A stretch of 64,000 nt of DNA from Ranitomeya imitator (lineage: Eukaryota): the NCBI RefSeq assembly GCF_032444005.1, contig NC_091283.1, positions 613,428,001-613,492,000 on the forward strand, in the 5' to 3' direction. How positions within the stretch are numbered: position 1 is the first letter of the stretch; the number at the start of each line of letters is the position of its first letter. This document shows, one piece after another, positions 51,812-64,000 of this stretch. Below the pieces are notes generated by a model. That model saw only the letters and a program-made list of their open reading frames with translations, was not told the origin of the DNA and did no database searches. The translations under genes and the position numbers were made by a program.

Positions 51812-53000
51812 AAACGGGAAAATGATGCTCACCGGTAATTTGATTTTCCTAAAACCCATGACAGCACCCGAGACAGTGGGATCTATCCCTATCATTGGAC
51901 ATTGGACAGGAAGCCAAGAGCACAAAATAAAAAGGCAACTGCCACTTCCTCCTTCAATGTGGTTTCCAAGAAGTCATGTAGGAATTCTCATCATTATCAT
52001 TTATACATTCACTCAAGCCCATTCTTCATTTTGAGAAGAGAAGCTTGAGAACCACCACCAACCATAAGCCAGAGGTAGGGAATAAATAGAGGTTTCAGGA
52101 AAGTCAAATTACCGGTAAGTAATTAGAATTTTTTCCCTTCACCCATGAAGTCACCCGAGAAACAATAACTAAGGAATCTTCTGATTGGGAGAGAGCACCC
52201 CAGTAAGATCTTACATCTGAAAAAAGATCCCAAGAACATCCTAGCTCAATGAATAGTTTTTAAGGAAGGAAGATTGTGAAAGTTTTAGATATCATTCTAT
52301 CAAGATAATGTCCCTATCGATTTGGAGCACCAATTAGAGTTAAAAAAAAGCGTTCTTATACTGATTACAATAACTTTTTTTTTTTTTTTAGAGAGGGCCT
52401 ATATTTATAGACTTCACTTGTATGTATGGTTGGTTAGCTTCCTCGGATTTAATTTAGAGATTCTATACTTGTTAAATCACCTAACCAACAATTGAAGTAT
52501 ATAGGAATTAGTACCGAGACTTAGCATATTAATGAAAGCAGAAGTCAAGTGATTTAAAAACCATGGTAAACCTAACAAGGCCCTGATTAGGGTTCCTAGT
52601 GGCCTATCAAGACGACAAACTGGGACAGAGGTGTTAAATGTGGACCAGTTCAATATGCTATCCAATTATGAAGGATGGACTGGAAAACTGTCGGACTCAC
52701 CAGCTACCCCCAGGACTGTGTTTTATTAAGGCCCCTCCTTGATGTTTAATAGACTGTCAACAGACTGACGGTATCATCTGGAAGCCATCCTTACCAATAT
52801 CAATAGTATTGTTAGTAAAGGGAAGTGAAGCTTTGAGACAGTAGTGAAAACAGACCTAGAAGCCACAAGTTAGCTAGGCAAAAATGACAGCTTATAAAGT
52901 TGTACATTCCACTAAAAGTCATAGTCCACTGAAGGCCTCATCAAGTCACGCCGTGAGGCAGAGGCAGCTGAAGAAAATTCTAGACCTGAGGTACCAGAGG
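51812..53000 (-). mobile_element. Older, degenerate DIRS remnant (right terminus + ICR)
   Basis: Terminus CTCACCGGTAATTTGATTTTCC...CCCATGACAGCACCCGAG is mirrored at 52093-52160. The right boundary is approximate. Confidence 0.65.
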
Positions 53001-54241
53001 CAGGCTATTCAACAACTACGAAGCAGCCAGAAAACCTTCAAGCAGGCCAAACACCAGACATGAGGTGGCATGGCAAATAGGCGACATGAGGATATACCCA
53101 AGGTGGCAGGCCAACACCAGACATGACACAACAGGCCATAACACTGGACATGAGGCGGTCAGCCCAACAAACAAAACATGAGGCCAGACATGAGGCAGCC
53201 GGCCCAACATACAAGACATGAAGCCAATCATGAGGCGGCCAGCCCAAAACATGAGGCCAGTGGCCAACCACAACACATGCTTTAAGATTCATACAGAGAA
53301 GATGAACACCAAGCACTGCTGAGAACGGATCTCAGGATCTCCTGCTCACGAGACAGGTGCCCCAAACCAAGGTGCAGTCTAAACAAGAAATGCAAATCTG
53401 CAAGGTCAACGAGGAACGCCAGGCTACAAGGCCACACGAGAGGACAAGTGGAAATCACAAGCCACTGTAGAAGCGAAAACACAAGGCTGCAGGCCCATCG
53501 AAACACAAGGCCTGAAGTATTATATCTAGATTCTCCCAAAGTGAAGTTAGCATTTCAGCACCCAACTGGGCCCCTGTACGCATTGCCATTCCTACTAGAC
53601 TTTGCTATAGAACACACCATGTTGTTCCATGATTCACGGCTGCACCAGCTGTGTGCTCAAGACTTCTACACCAAAGGACAGAAAAACACATTTAAGAAGA
53701 AAGAAGGAGGTGCCCTTTTATTTTCTGCTCTTGGTTTCTGTCCAGTAATAGGGGCAGATCCCACTCTCTCAAATGCTGTCATGGGTGAGGAGAAAAAGAT
53801 GATCTCTTTTACTATTAATGGCATGAATAGTATTATGTCTTTTACAATGTATAGCTTGATAAAATGCAGTTTGTAGCCAAGTCATAGTTTTGTTTTTTCG
53901 ATATATGTTGTGATTAATAATAACGTCACTCCGGAAAAACATCCGGTTGCCTCGAGAGAGCACAGAGTTAAGGGAGTGGTGAATGGGAATCATCTACTAC
54001 ATACTTTTACTATAATCTCAATTCAGTAAGTGCAACCCGATGGCCGATAATAAATGAAATGTCTGTTTTCACTGATAACTTTATGCATCTTTCTATAACA
54101 TTTCCTCATAGTCTGAAGACCCCTGCTTGTTGTCATTGAAAGGAAACCTTTGGTGCTAGTGCACAGCTTGTAAAGGGACATGTGATCCCACTGTACAGTG
54201 TAGAGGTTTGTACCTATGTGATCACAGTAGACCAGAATATA

Positions 54242-56113
54242 CAGTGGAGGAAACAATTATTTGATCCCTTGCTGATTTTGTAAGTTTGCCCACTGACAAA
54301 GACATGAACATTCTATAATTTTAAGGGTAGGTTAATTTTTATATTGAGAGATAGAATATCAAAAATAAAATCCAGAAAATCACATTGTATAAATTCTGTA
54401 AATGTATTTGCATTTTGCAGTGATAAATGAGTATTTGATCCCTCTGGCAAACAAGGCTTAATACTTGGTGGCAAAAACCCTTGTTGGCAAGCACACCAGT
54501 CAGATGTTATTTATAGTTGATGATGAGGTTTGCACACATGTGAGGAGGAATTTTGGTCCACTCCTCTTTGCAGATCATCTCTAAATCATTAAGATTTTGA
54601 GGCTGTCACTTGGCAACTCAGAGCTTCAACTCCCTCCATAAGTTTTCTATGGGATTAAGGTTTGGAGACTGGCTAGGCCACTTCATGAACTTAATGTGCT
54701 TCTTTGTGAGCCACTCCTTTGTTGCCTTGGCTGTATGTTTTGGGTCATTGTCTTGCTGGAAGACTGTTGTGAATTCTGTGGCCAAGCTCCCTCCTGTGGT
54801 CGTGAGTGGTACTGCGGCTGGTTCTGTCTATAAGCTTCCTTTGGTGGATGAGAGTGGTACTGCGGCTTCTGAGTTTCCTTCCTCAGGTGATGTGGTTAAG
54901 TCGTTAGGTGCTGCTCTATTTAACTCCACCTGGTGCTTTGATCCTGGCCTCCAGTCAATGTTCTAGTATTGGTCTTGCTTCCTCCTGGATCGTTCCTGTG
55001 GCCTCTCTATCCTGCATAAGCTAAGTTCTGCTTGTGTTATTTTTGTTTGCTATATTTTCTGTCCAGCTTGCTATATTGGTTTTTTCTTGCTTGCTGGAAG
55101 CTCTGAGACGCAGAGGGAGCACCTCCGTACCGTTAGTCGGTGCGGAGGGTCTTTTTGCCCCTCTGCGTGGTTGTTTGTAGGTTTTTGTGTTGACCGCAAA
55201 GCTATCTTTCCTATCCTCGGTCTATTCAGTAAGTCGGGCCTCACTTTGCTAAATCTATTTCATCTCTGTGTTTGTATTTCATCTTTACTCACAGTCATTA
55301 TATGTGGGGGGCTGCCTTTTCCTTTGGGGAATTTCTCTGAGGCAAGGTAGGCTTATTTTTCTATCTTCAGGGCTAGTAAGTTTCTCAGGCTATGCCGAGT
55401 TGCATAGGGAGCGTTAGGCGCAATCCACGGCTACCTCTAGTGTGGTGTGTTAGGATTAGGGATTGCGGTCAGCAGAGTTTCCACGTCTCAGAGCTTGTCC
55501 TATGTTTTTGGTAAATGACAGGTCACCTTGTGTGCTCTGAACTTCAAGGTCCATTGTGGTTCTAAATTACCTGTTCATAACAGTACTGGAGGCCAGGATC
55601 AAAGCACCAGGTGGAGTTAAATAGAGCAGCACCTAACGACTTAACCACATCACCTGAGGAAGGAAACTCAGAAGCCGCAGTACCACTCTCATCCACCAAA
55701 GGAAGCTTATAGACAGAACCAGCCGCAGTACCACTCACAACCACAGGAGGGAGCTTGGCCACAGAATTCACAACAGAAGACCCAGCCACGACCCATTTTT
55801 AACCCCTTTCTAACCTCGGATGGAATAGTACGTCCGAGGTCAGAACCCCCGCTTTGATGTGGGCTCCGGAGGTGAGCCCGCATCAAAGCCGGGACATGTC
55901 AGCTGTTTTGTACAGCTGACATGTGCACGCAATAGCGGCGGGTGGAATCGCTATTATATAATTTATACAATGTGATATTCTGGATTTTATTTTTGATATT
56001 CTATCTCTCAATGTTAAATTTAACCGACCCTTAAAATTATAGACTGTTCATGTCTTTGTCAGGGGGAAAACTTACAAAATCAGCAAGGGATCAAATACTT
56101 ATTTTCCCCACTG
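54242..56113 (-). mobile_element. Internally deleted Tc1 hosting the fold-back LTR insertion and a piggyBac-MITE fragment
   Basis: TA-CAGTGG...CCACTG-TA long TIRs; the Tc1 sequence resumes after the duplicated GAAGAC. Confidence 0.88.
54765..55775 (+). mobile_element. LTR + PBS + inverted U3 (fold-back derivative of a self-priming LTR retrotransposon)
   Basis: LTR 54765-55582 (TG...CA), then GT, then a 191-bp inverted copy (55585-55775) of 54765-54955; 6-bp TSD GAAGAC. Confidence 0.88.
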
Positions 56114-56259
56114 TATTCTTGACCTCTGGATTTGCATTCAATGAATACTACTATGTGAGGGGCTGATAATGGTGATAGCCAATGGCATAAGGAGTGTCAT
56201 CTAAGCCAATCACCTGTTTATTGGGTTGTTTTCAGGTGTTGCAGTTGAGGTGCTGTTAA

Positions 56260-56698
56260 AGGGAATCTGTCACTGTTTTTTGCTGCCTCATCTAAAAGTA
56301 TCATAATATAGGGGCAGATACCCTAACTTCAGTGATGTGCCACTTACTGGGCTGCTTGCTATTATTTTGATAAAATCACAGTTTTATCTGCTGTAGATCT
56401 AGCATTTCTCTGATTACTGAGCTCTGTATAACCCCGCCCATATCACTGATTGGCAGCTTTCACCGAAAAGCTGCCAATCAGTGGTGGGGGTGGGGTTATA
56501 CAGAGCTCATGAATAAGGAGGACTACAGGCTTACTAGTCCTCTTTTGATAATCTGCTTCTGATAAATCGGTGATTGTATCAAAATATACTAACTATACTA
56601 AGCAGCCCAGTAAGTGATGCATTGCTGTAATCAGGGTCTCTGGCCCTACAATATTCTGCACAAAGTATAGGTGGGAAAAACCTGGTGACCAATTCCCT
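56260..56698. mobile_element. T2/Kolobok-type MITE
   Basis: TTAA-AGGGAATCTGTCAC...GTGACCAATTCCCT-TTAA. Confidence 0.85.
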
Positions 56699-56960
56699 TT
56701 AAAACCGCATCAAAAACATCAAACATCAAAAACATCATCGGAAAAACTCCATGAAGTTTTGTTGTGTGTTATGATGCGGATGTTAATTGAAACATGTAAA
56801 TTAAAAAAAATACGTTTTTCACTCTAAAAACAACCAACGTGTTGAAAACCACAGTAAAACCATTAGTGCTCTTTCAGATGCAGCTTTTTTATTTATTTAC
56901 TGTCAATCTGATTTATTTTATTATTTCCAATACCATCCTAACACAACAGTACTAATTCAC

Positions 56961-57171
56961 CTTCAGCCGCAGACAGTTCTGCTCGCAGTCTGTTCCCCAT
57001 GTCAATAAGTTGTTGTTTCTCCAAACTCAGCTGAGAAATTTTCTTCACTGCTTCCTTCAGTTTGTTTCGGAGTATGTAAGGGTTAGACGGACCACCGCCT
57101 GGGGACGTGAGGGCCACCAGCTGCTGACGAAGAGTTAGGATCTCTTCCCGAAGCTCCTTCATGGTCATAGA
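56961..57171 (-). CDS. ccdc57: ccdc57 coding exon (SMTMKELREEIL...LRNKLKEAVKKISQLSLEKQQLIDMGNRLRAEL)
   Basis: Strong match to the recalled CCDC57 motif LEKEQLIEMGNRLRAE; TAG/GTGAA sites; 211 nt, phase 0 to 1. Confidence 0.93.
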
Positions 57172-57342
57172 CTAAAAGAGAGGCAATTTGCACATGAAAG
57201 GGTTGAAACCATGGCAGCCCGCAAACATAAATATAGAGACTCTGCCTCCATGATACAGGCCCCTGGAGGCGTTCATAAGTACCGTATACACCTGCCACTG
57301 GGCAGTGCCACACAGCGCCAACCAAAAACAAATGGTACATAC

Positions 57343-57399
57343 CTCGCTGAGGACCACCGGGGCCCGCTGACTGGCCAGCTCCAACTTCAGGGCAGAAAC
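57343..57399 (-). CDS. ccdc57: ccdc57 coding exon (VSALKLELASQRAPVVLSE)
   Basis: TAG/GTATGT sites; 57 nt, phase 0-0. Confidence 0.88.
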
Positions 57400-57476
57400 C
57401 TACAAATCAGTAATGCTATGATATAGTAATCCTATTAGAAAAGCTGTGATATCATCTGCATGCTGTGCTGCTTTCC

Positions 57477-58662
57477 ATGTCATGGGCGAAAGTGTTGGCA
57501 CACTTGAAATTGTTCCAGAAAATGAACTATTTCTCCCAGAAAATTATTGCAATTACACGTGTTTTGTTATACACATGTTTATTTCCTTTGTGCGTATTGG
57601 AACTACACAAAAAAGAAGGAAAAAAGGCGAATTAGACATAGTTTCACACAAAACCTCCCAAAATGTTGGCACCTTTCTAAAATTGCGGGAAACAACTTTG
57701 TTTCAAGCATTTGATGATCGTTCAAACTCACCTGTGGCAAGTAACAGGTGTGGGCAATATGAAAATCACACCTGAAACCAGATAAAAAGAGGTGACGTTT
57801 ACTCAATCTTTGCATTGTGTGTCTGTTTCAGCCACACTCAGCATGAAAGAGAAGAAGAGGAAAAGAGAACAGTGTGAGAACTTCAGCACCAAAATTATAG
57901 AAAGATATCAACAATCTCAAGGTTACAAATCCATCTCCAGAGATCTTGATGTTCCTTTGTCCACGGTGCGCAACATAATAAAGATGTTTACAACCTATGG
58001 CACTGTAGTTAATCTCCCTGGATGTGTCAGCAGAGAAAATTGATGAAAAGTTGCAACACAGGATAGTTTGTATGGTGGATAAGCAGCCGCAATCAAGGTC
58101 CAAAGAAATTCAAGGCTCAGTGTGAATCAGTGTCATAGAGAACTATATGTCGACATTTGAATGAAATGAAATGCTATGGCAGGAGACCCAGGAGGACCCC
58201 TTGCTGACACAGAGACATACAAACGCTAGACTGCAGTTTGCTAAAATGTATGAGAGTAAGCCAAAATCCTTCTGGGAAAGAGTCTTGTGGACTGATGAGA
58301 CTAACAGAGCTTTTTGGTAAAGCACATCATTCTACTGTTTGGATGGAAAGCGCTGGAAAGTTCTGAAGTAGCCCGCAATGAGTCCAGATCTAAATCCCAT
58401 TTAACACAGATTGATTGTAGTTATTTATTCCAAAGGGTGTGCAACCAAATATGAAGTTGAAGGGGCCAACAATTATGTCCAGCCTATTTTTGGTGTTTTA
58501 TGTGAAATTATGTCCAATTTGCCTTTTTTTCTCAGTTTTTTTTTTTCATTGTTCCAGTATACACAAAGGAAATAAACGTGTATAACCAAGCATAATATTC
58601 TGGGGGAAATACTTTCTTTTCTGGAACAATTTCAAGAGTGCCAACACTTTTGGTCATGACTG
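57477..58662 (+). mobile_element. Internally deleted Tc1 (same family as 33584)
   Basis: Long TIRs; IIERYQQSQGYKSISRDLDVPLSTVRNII and VLWTDET remnants. Confidence 0.85.
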
Positions 58663-59415
58663 CAAATTTAGCAGTCATCGCGGCTGCACAATAGATAACA
58701 ACAATTTGGTGGTTGAACAATCGATCGTCTGGTGAATGATTATGGTGAAGCAGTCATACACATCTTAGTCCACATTTGCCAGTAGTCCTTTCACCTGGCC
58801 ATTCATGTTCAATGACACCAGGCAACAAATGAACAATCCCTCTAGGAACATTCTTTCAATAACAGATTGTTCCTGGATGTAAAGATCTTTCATTTGACTA
58901 TCGACCTAAGGCACGTACAAATTCATTTCAGATGATTAATTGGCCATAACGATCATTTGCTCTTAAAGGGCTTGGCCAGCATTTACTGATGATCAATACC
59001 TTATCGATGAGGGTGTGATTACTGGAGGCTTCTCAGATGCTGCAGGAACACGGCAGATCCATAATCTTTATAGTGGCTATGTCAGGGTACTATCTGAGGT
59101 TGATCTGTAGTACCCGGTAGCGGCCACTATAGTTTTGAAAGATCTGCCATGTTCTGGAAGCAACCTAAGGATTGCCATCAATAAAGAAGGATTAGAAAAC
59201 ATCCTTAGATGATGGACTTCATTTTTCTTATACAAAATAGAAAATGTTGTAGAGGATCTCCACTAATAGAATAAGAGCAGATCACAATGGGGGGGGGGGG
59301 GGATTACCAAAATGACCATTAACATAACTGGCGAACGAAGCATGAAATATGCTGCATTAACAGCTGCCATATACAGGAAGCACACAGGCACTGCAATTAT
59401 TTGCTCTAAGAAATT

Positions 59416-60339
59416 CACTATATGGACAAAAGCATTGGAGCACACACTTCTTAATCATTGAATTCAGGGGTTTCATTCAGTCCCATCACAAATGTATAAA
59501 ATCCAGCCCCTTGCTGTGCAGTCTGTCTTTACGAACATTTGTGAGGGAATGGGTCATTCTAAAGAGATCATGGATACCATCGTGGTCTTGTAATAGGACC
59601 TTCATTGTAAAAGTCAGTTCATGAAATTTCTTTCCTCTAAATATTCCATAATCACACGTGAGTGGTTATATTGAAAAGTGGAAAGTATAGGAACCCATGA
59701 ATTAGGGACCACGTCAAGTTACAAAGCAGGGTCTACAGATGCTGAGGGACATGAACGTCACCAATGCTCTACTGACTACAAAGCTCCTCTTGGGTTAACA
59801 TCAGCACAAAAACTGTGCCAGGAGCTCCATGAGATGAGCTTCCATGACTGAGCAGCTGCATGTAAGCTTTACGTTACCAAGCACAATGCCAAGAGTTGGA
59901 TGGAGTGGTGTGAAGCTGCCACCTCTGGACCTTGGAGAAGTGGGAACATGTTCTGTGGAGTGCCGGAGCACTAGTCTGATGGACAAGTCTGGATTTTGTG
60001 AATAGTAGAACGTTACCTGCCTGACTGCATTGTGCCAAATGTAAGATTTGGTGAATGTGGATATTGATAGGAGTTGTTTTTCAGGGGTTTGCCTTGACCC
60101 CTTAGCTGCAGTGACGGGAAATTTTAATAATTCAGCTTACCAGGACATTTCGGACAATTGTACCTCCCAACTTTGTGGGAATAGTTTAGGGAAGGCTATT
60201 TTTTGTTTCTGTATGACTGTACAGTGCACAACCAAAGCCAATACAGACATGGTTGGGTCAATTAGTGCCAATGGGCTTAGAATGGGATACTCCTGGAGGA
60301 GTAATGTGTAGGTGTCCCAATACTTTTATCCAAATAGTG
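59416..60339 (+). mobile_element. Degenerate Tc1-like element (CACTATATGGACAAAAG TIR family)
   Basis: TIR at 59416 and its complement ending at 60339, followed by TA; decayed transposase fragments. Confidence 0.75.
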
Positions 60340-60604
60340 TATATCAAATCAGGTGCTATAAAACACTATAAGTGCAGATTCCATCATACCATGACAGCCA
60401 CAGCCACAACTGTGAGAATGCTAGGAGTTGTAGTTCTTCAACAGTTTTTGTGAAGATTGATACACCAGTAAGTTAGTGCCCTAATGGGAAGATGCAACTG
60501 GTATACAGCCTGCACCCAAGAGGATAAAGCATTCATGATGATGGAAAGTGCACCGGATAGACCTGTCACTGTAGCGGTATACAGAGATTATTTGCGTTGA
60601 CAAC

Positions 60605-60805
60605 CTCATTCCCAAGTTCCACCGTTTCCAGGTTTTGCTTTAGGTTTCCTTTGAAAAATTCCTCTGCCTCTTTCCGAGCCTCGGTGAGCTGCACCTCTAG
60701 CTCAGACTGCCGATGGTGCAGGCTGGAGATGGTGGCTTGGTTGTGTCGGGTCTCACTGTGCAGCTGATACTGCAGCTGACTGATTTCTGCCTGCCTCTGC
60801 TGGAC
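60605..60805 (-). CDS. ccdc57: ccdc57 coding exon (VQQRQAEISQLQYQL...FFKGNLKQNLETVELGNE)
   Basis: TAG/GT sites; 201 nt, phase 0-0; coiled-coil sequence; not in the ORF track. Confidence 0.9.
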
Positions 60806-61020
60806 CTAAGAAACATGATAGAAATCAGAAGGAAAAAGCGAAGAGGAGAAAACAGCACAATAGGGCTTAGTCAGAGGGAGATAAAGATATGAAATAAGGT
60901 TCTACTAACCCGATTTAGTTGTGTATACACAACATTTCCATGGCTTAGAAATCCAGCTGCTTCAGGTCCAACGGGTCATCAGACCGGGAAATCACAGAGA
61001 AGGAGCATTTTTCGGATAAT

Positions 61021-61237
61021 GCTGGTATCACATCTGATAGATCTAAGTCCAGACAAAGTATTCAATCAACGTGTTTCAAAGTACTAAAGACTTCTTCATC
61101 AGGACAAGAAAACCATTGTTTTCCATGTTTTTTTGTCCTGATGAAGAAGTCTGTAGTACTTCGAAACGCGTTGATTGAATAAAGAAGAATAGCAAATACT
61201 TTCTGTCTGGACTGGATTTATCAGATGTGATACCAGC
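61021..61237. ncRNA. Inverted pair of minimal hammerhead ribozyme motifs (PLE-derived palindrome)
   Basis: Plus strand CTGATGA-A-GAAGT-ctgtagt-ACTTC-GAAAC-GC-GTT (61138-61172); mirror copy on the minus strand at 61102-61068. Confidence 0.75.
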
Positions 61238-61850
61238 AGCGCAGATTATCCAAAGGTTCTCCTTATCTATGATATAAATCAGACATTTATTTCACAGTCT
61301 AGTCATTGTGCAAGATAGAAATTCTGGGCTGTGCCTAGTGCAGGGAGGGGGAAAGGCATGAATCATGTGGGCATCCCCGAATCTGGCACTGTTCACCCTT
61401 GGGGTCTACACTGCATATAACAAAGCAGGGGACACTTATTAGACTACATGCGCCAGAATTCTAAGTGTCTTAGGCACTTTCTACACCTAGTCTTCCAGGG
61501 TTATAGCTTTGCTAAAAGAGGCCTATCAGGAATTGTGCATGGTCAAGTGTGTCATTCAGTGCCATTGTTCTGGGCAGCACAAGTCCTGATTACACAGGAC
61601 ACTGTGCTGCATAGAGATGATCTTTCATGCAGCACCAAAGATCATTTCACCTGACGATAGGCGTGTTGCTCGTTCATTGAGCGATTGGCAGCCTGTTCAC
61701 ACTTACAAATTATTGTGAAATGAGCATTTCTTGGAATGGTTATTCATGATAATTCTTTGGTGTGACCTTACTAAGAATTAGACCGCCACGATAAATACGC
61801 CTCACTGTCCAGTTTTGCCCGGCGTCTTATCAATCCATTTAGGAACGAAC

Positions 61851-61951
61851 CTTCTGTGTGAGTTCTGTAACCAGAGACTCTAAGTGAGCTGCTCTTGCCT
61901 CCAATTTCTTCTGAGACGCAGCCGACGCCACTTTGTCAGCTCTCAATGCTC
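61851..61951 (-). CDS. ccdc57: ccdc57 coding exon (GALRADKVASAASQKKLEARAAHLESLVTELTQK)
   Basis: CAG/GTTCGT sites; 101 nt, phase 1 to 0. Confidence 0.88.
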
Positions 61952-62703
61952 CTGAAATAAAGCAAACACGGATATTTCATGACGGCTCTATCTCCATCAC
62001 AATTCTGCTTTATGTTCACATATGGATGTAAACCAGACAGTTGCACACGTCATCTATATTTTTGAGGTGGCCCACTGCGTAGGAAGGTATGGCAGACCCA
62101 ATACTTTTACGCTGGGAGCACTTCTCACCACGTTCCAAAAATACATAAAATACACGTTTCCGAGTCTGACTGAACGTGGGTCTCCCACATTTCCCTATTA
62201 AATTAGTTCTCGGGAACTCAGAAAGCTCAGAACAGAAGGAGAAGCTGCTCGCTACACTGACTAGTGTATTAGCGGCGTGTGCCTGCTCGCTCTTGCAGTT
62301 TCACTGTATACATGTGTGATGGAGGTCTCTGTCCAGGCAGCGCGCCCTGTGGCCAAGCAATGTCCATCAAGTTACAGGGAGGTGATGGACATCAGCTATA
62401 CAGATATGGTTTTTATAGGGATTAAGACCTTTCACTATGCTTTTTTTCAGGGAGGTTCCAGGCGGAGTACACCTGAAAAAGACGTCATGTGCACATACCC
62501 AAAATGGTTAATCAGGCTTTATTGAACATCTCTTATGCCTCCACTAAGAGAATTTTTATCTAGTGGAATGCCCCTTTTGTGTCAAATAATAGAAGTATTC
62601 GTTCCTAGAAGCTCCTGTCTGTGATATACAACACCAAGATGAGGAACGCATGGGGACACATGGAAAAATCGTTTCTTTGTACATAAATTTTTTTAGCATT
62701 TAC

Positions 62704-62886
62704 CAATAGTCTCATTCAGGCTACTAATGTGGTTTTGGATGTAGACGTTGTCTGGAGAAACTGCTTTTGCTGTTGAAGGCAGCACAGAATTTTCCTTTGG
62801 TGACAGTGCCTCCTGAAGCTTCTCCTCGCTCAGTCGGTTCTTCTGCTTTAGATCTCGGATTTCTGCTTCCAGTGACCTCACATATT
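62704..62886 (-). CDS. ccdc57: ccdc57 coding exon (EYVRSLEAEIRDLKQK...YIQNHISSLNETI)
   Basis: TAG/GTAAAT sites; 183 nt, phase 1-1; YVxxLEAEIRxLK motif. Confidence 0.9.
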
Positions 62887-62967
62887 CTAGACACAATAGC
62901 AAAATTACAAAGAGGAGAACCAAAGAGAACAAGTGTTATGATAGGACATCCCATGGTGGCATCTCAC

Positions 62968-63157
62968 CAGCAGTGACCACATTCTCTGTAGTGTTATCAG
63001 GTGGGGGTTCTGTTCCTTCAGGGGGGGCAGGAGAAATCTGGTCACATAAAGACTCCATTTCTTTTCTCATTTGATCTATGACTTCTCGCAGCTCTGAATT
63101 TTGTTGGTGCAGCTTCTGAATTTCTTTTGATACAAAGTCTGGGACAGGTCCTGGTGT
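62968..63157 (-). CDS. ccdc57: ccdc57 coding exon (TPGPVPDFVSKEIQKLHQQNSELREVIDQMRKEMESL...)
   Basis: TAG/GTGAG sites; 190 nt, phase 0 to 1; matches the recalled EIQRLxEQNxxLRxxIxQMRKEME motif. Upstream exons lie beyond the right edge. Confidence 0.9.
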
Positions 63158-64000
63158 CTACAAGAAGGTAAATGCAATCGGCTATATTACAGGTAATTCA
63201 TATTTGCAATAAATTACACTAAATTATAGCACTGATGACCGAATTATGGCTGATAGTTATCATTACCCAGAACATCGCAATAGTGCACTCAGGTCCCGAC
63301 ATATCAACCAGAAAGGCAAAACAATAAAATGGATTCATCAACGACAGCTTGTGGACAGTTTCCAAGCAGCAACAGTAACATCCATCTAAAACAACTACGA
63401 GCACTTGCAAAACCTTTTAGAAATGTACGTCTTGACTTTTAGAAGAGCACAGGATAAAGGTGCTCCAGATTACGTTTTCTGAAATCAGACAGTCTGTGCA
63501 CCAAAGTGCAGTCAATGCCAGTTCTGTTGGTCAAGGTTGCCTATGCCCCCTCTCACTAAGCCCCATCCACTTTCTAGAAAAGTGGTGAGAGTGACATAAA
63601 ATTGCAAAAAATAAAGGTAGAATATTTTAGCGCAAATAAACAAGCATCTAAGACTCTGTACATATTGGGGCAGATTCATGAGCACGCCAGTCTTAATGAA
63701 GAGCTCGCTGGAATACAACGTGTCGAATTCATTAGCAACTACACACCACTTAATGAATCTGGCGCATCTTCTCAGTTGCGTGCGCCTCCTTGCACCTTGC
63801 CAGGAAATGTTACTTTAGTCAAGGACTGGCGGAAGAAATGCCAGCACTTTTATAGAATTTGACAGGTAATCGTAGCCCAACCCCACCGATTTTTACAAAG
63901 CTACTTCAAAATTGTGAGAAAACACCAAATGTTACAAATTGTTTGCGCAACTGTGCGTTGCACAAAGATTATGAGATTTTTCAGAGTGTTTTATGCCGGT

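Noticed and set aside
53030-53290. Short CATGAGGC/CCAAC repeats
   Set aside because: Degenerate low-complexity tract with no interpretable structure.

Overview
Vertebrate genomic DNA with the repeat landscape of an anuran frog (organism inferred). The right half holds the 3' part of a ccdc57-like gene on the minus strand: ten coding exons reconstructed by hand with GT-AG sites and consistent phases, ending ...KIRNYNLRD* at 29501. At ~17.7 kb there is a GC-rich cluster resembling the conserved fasn proximal promoter (inverted CCAAT + Sp1 + SRE-like boxes), consistent with mammalian CCDC57-FASN synteny; no fasn coding exon was found in the window. Most of the rest is nested mobile DNA: a sushi/Tf1-type self-priming LTR retrotransposon with an intact gag-protease frame inserted into a Penelope-like element (RT + GIY-YIG + hammerhead variant), an L2 3' end, an 8.2-kb hAT-like element inflated by minisatellites, a piggyBac-like element carrying telomere-like repeats, six Tc1 relics, a Helitron-like element, a DIRS element with intact termini and ICR, and many MITEs. 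The most unusual object is a 1011-bp LTR-PBS-inverted-U3 insertion (54765-55775) with a 6-bp target duplication. It matches the product expected if plus-strand strong-stop DNA of a self-priming retrotransposon folded back on itself and was then integrated. A palindromic twin-hammerhead insert lies at 61021-61237. All homology calls come from recalled family motifs, not database searches.
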